A stretch of DNA of 64,000 bases from Mustelus asterias (Eukaryota): contig NC_135824.1 in NCBI RefSeq assembly GCF_964213995.1, forward strand, positions 52,700,001-52,764,000. Reading direction: 5' to 3'. The position numbers and the translations under genes were made by a program. Below the pieces are notes generated by a model, which saw only the letters and a program-made list of their open reading frames with translations, was not told where the DNA came from and searched no databases. Shown here piece by piece: positions 61,874 to 64,000 of this stretch (position 1 is its first letter; each line of letters starts with the position of its first letter).

Positions 61874-64000
61874 GTGCTATGGCTTGCTGAACTGTGCATG
61901 AGAAAGCTTGGTGGGAGTGCAGTGCTGAGGTGTCACTCCCTACGTACCAAAATGTCCAGTGAAATGTTTTCACCTTTAATGAACACGAGTAAAGAGTTGC
62001 TCTATGTGGGATCTTACTGCGCAAACATGTAGCGCAATCACCTGGATTACAGAAATGAGTACACTTCAACAGAGATGATGCCTTTGCTGTGATAACCGTG
62101 GCGTTGAACCAGTGTCACACAAACTCCCGACTACATTCGTTCAGAAAGTTGCACAGGTGTTGACCTAAGAATGACGCAGAGGGCGTTAAGAAGATTTTAT
62201 GTGAGCTTGTGGCAGCTTTGTACCGTTGTGCTTTAGTTGCGACGCAGAAATAGGTCGCAAAGTCTGTCAGGCTGGGACTGTTCAGTTGCAGGGTGAAGTT
62301 GTTGCTCCCAGCATCAAGTTGGGTGGCGAAACGCGGCTGGAAATCGGGCCCACAGCCACCGTATCCGCTGCAAATCCACTCTATGGTGGCTCCCTGCTCC
62401 CTGTACCAGAACATTGTGTAAGAGCCCTTACTATCTCCTACCAAATTGCAGAACAGACTAAGGGCCTGTCACGGTCTGAAAGAAGCCGCAGGTGGGAACT
62501 GGGCTACGATGGGTGCCGCCCGAACCCCTAAAGCAGATTTAAAGAAAGAAAAACGGCTTAGAACAGTCGAATGATGCAGAAAAGAGGCCTTTCGGCCCAT
62601 CATAATATACTTAGTTCTTTGAAATTGCCATCAAATTACTCTCACCCTCCGTCTTTTGCACGTAGCCCTGAAAATCCCCTCAACTGCGTATCTATTCCAT
62701 TTATAACTTTATTACGTCTTGCAGTCATTAATAAATTCGCGTAATTCACCGTATTTCGCTGTTGGCAGGGAATATTTGAGGCGAAAACACTTACAATACA
62801 TCCAGTGCGCCACCAAAAAGCTGAGGAAGATGACGGGCATTCTAGGTGAGAAATCTGTTGCCTTTCTGATGAGGTAACAAGGAAGGATAATGAGTTACCA
62901 GTAAAATGACCCCATTCAACGGAAATGCAACCGGATGCAATCGAACTGCGCCTGAAGATCGGCCAACCAATCGTGTGCCTGGGCCACACAGGTCAGCAGT
63001 TTGAGCACATAAGGACCATATCATTTGCTTCTGCTTGTTATTTTGCGAAATCGTGGGTCAGCACAGAAGGCGATCCCCGATATCAGAGGGTCACTTCCGG
63101 CCTGGCAGTGTAAGCAATGTTTGTCTCTCAATGTATCGCTCGGAAGGAAAATATTAGCTGGGCTTTGCATTGGTTAATTGTGGGTTCTTCCTCTGTAGAT
63201 GCAGGCTGCCGCCCTTCCTTCACTACAGTGTTGTATGAACTTTCAAAACATAGCAGCAAAGCACATAGAACAGAGAAAGTGCACGAGCTTCTTGCTTGAT
63301 GCAGAGAGGTATTGAACACAAAAGCGGGAGATTGCAAAAAAATATTTATAAAGTTCTCATTGGCCAATATCTAGATTATTGTGTCCAGTTCCGGTCGCCA
63401 GAATTTAGGACGGATGTCAGAGTCTTTGAGAAGACGTAGAGGGGGCTTATAACAATTGTTCCGGGATGAGGAAATTTCACTACAAAGTTAAATTGGAGCA
63501 TCTCGGATTGCTGTCCTTGGAATGAAGGGGATTGAAGAGAGATCTGACCAAAATGAGGACAGGTTAAGATACGATCGACAAAGGAAACGTACTCCCGGGT
63601 TAGGTGGATTGGCCGAGCAAAATTGTCCCTTCATGTCAGGAAGACTAGCGAGGGTAAATGTATGCGGTTATGGGGATAAGGACTGGGTGGGATTGTGGTG
63701 AGTGCAGACTCGATGGGCCCAATGGCTCACTTCTGCACTGCAGGATTCTATGATTCAATGTTCTATGATTAGCTGATGGTTCGAGAACGCGGGAACGCAG
63801 ATGCAACACTTTTTTTTGCGAGGGTGCAGTTACAGCGGGATTATGAGGAGAAATGCTATGGCGCAGCGGATGGTAATAGGTTGGAACACGCGGCCTCCAG
63901 GGTGGTTGAAACTGAGACAATCAACTCAAAAGAAATCGAGTTGACACTGAAGGGGAGTACAATGCAGAGCTACAGGGATATTGCGGGGGAATGGATCTAA
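61874..64000. repeat. Tandem segmental duplication, unit 3 (partial, runs off the window)
   Basis: Matches 45850-47965 and 29996-31558. Confidence 0.92.
62192..62840 (-). pseudogene. TRBV: V segment Va3 (Cx5C group) with a premature stop in FR1
   Basis: Leader MPVIFLSFLVAHWMY (62840-62795) is intact. V exon 62527-62231 reads CCG TGA CAG (TGA at 62471-62469) where Va2 has CCG GGA CAG. DSA is changed to DFA; nonamer is ATAAAATCT. Confidence 0.87.

Overview
Vertebrate genomic DNA, almost certainly from a shark or other elasmobranch: it is dense in HE1-type tRNA-derived V-SINEs, HER1/CR1 LINEs, Penelope and Rex/Babar fragments. From 16.4 kb onward it is a germline antigen-receptor V-segment array, best read as T-cell receptor beta (TRBV). 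There are 13 V segments, all on the minus strand. Each has a V exon and a 23-bp-spacer RSS, and each has a phase-1 leader exon except the copy at 30.4 kb, where it is deleted. Three sequence groups are present: six TRBV30-like segments (YYCAW), two 'LIGY...CATS' segments, and five Ig-VH-like short-CDR2 segments with an extra Cx5C cysteine pair. From ~30 kb the locus is a ~16-kb, four-V cassette repeated head to tail (two full copies plus the start of a third). One cassette member is disabled by a different lesion in each copy. The first 16 kb is nested retroelement debris, a 28S rRNA fragment and two N gaps; I found no D, J or C segment. Highlights: the Cx5C short-CDR2 V family; perfect AP-1 sites at the heptamer/spacer junction of three V RSSs; His replacing the conserved F-strand Asp in the TRBV30-like group; intact minimal hammerhead ribozymes in Penelope repeats. 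Coordinates were read by eye and no database searches were run.
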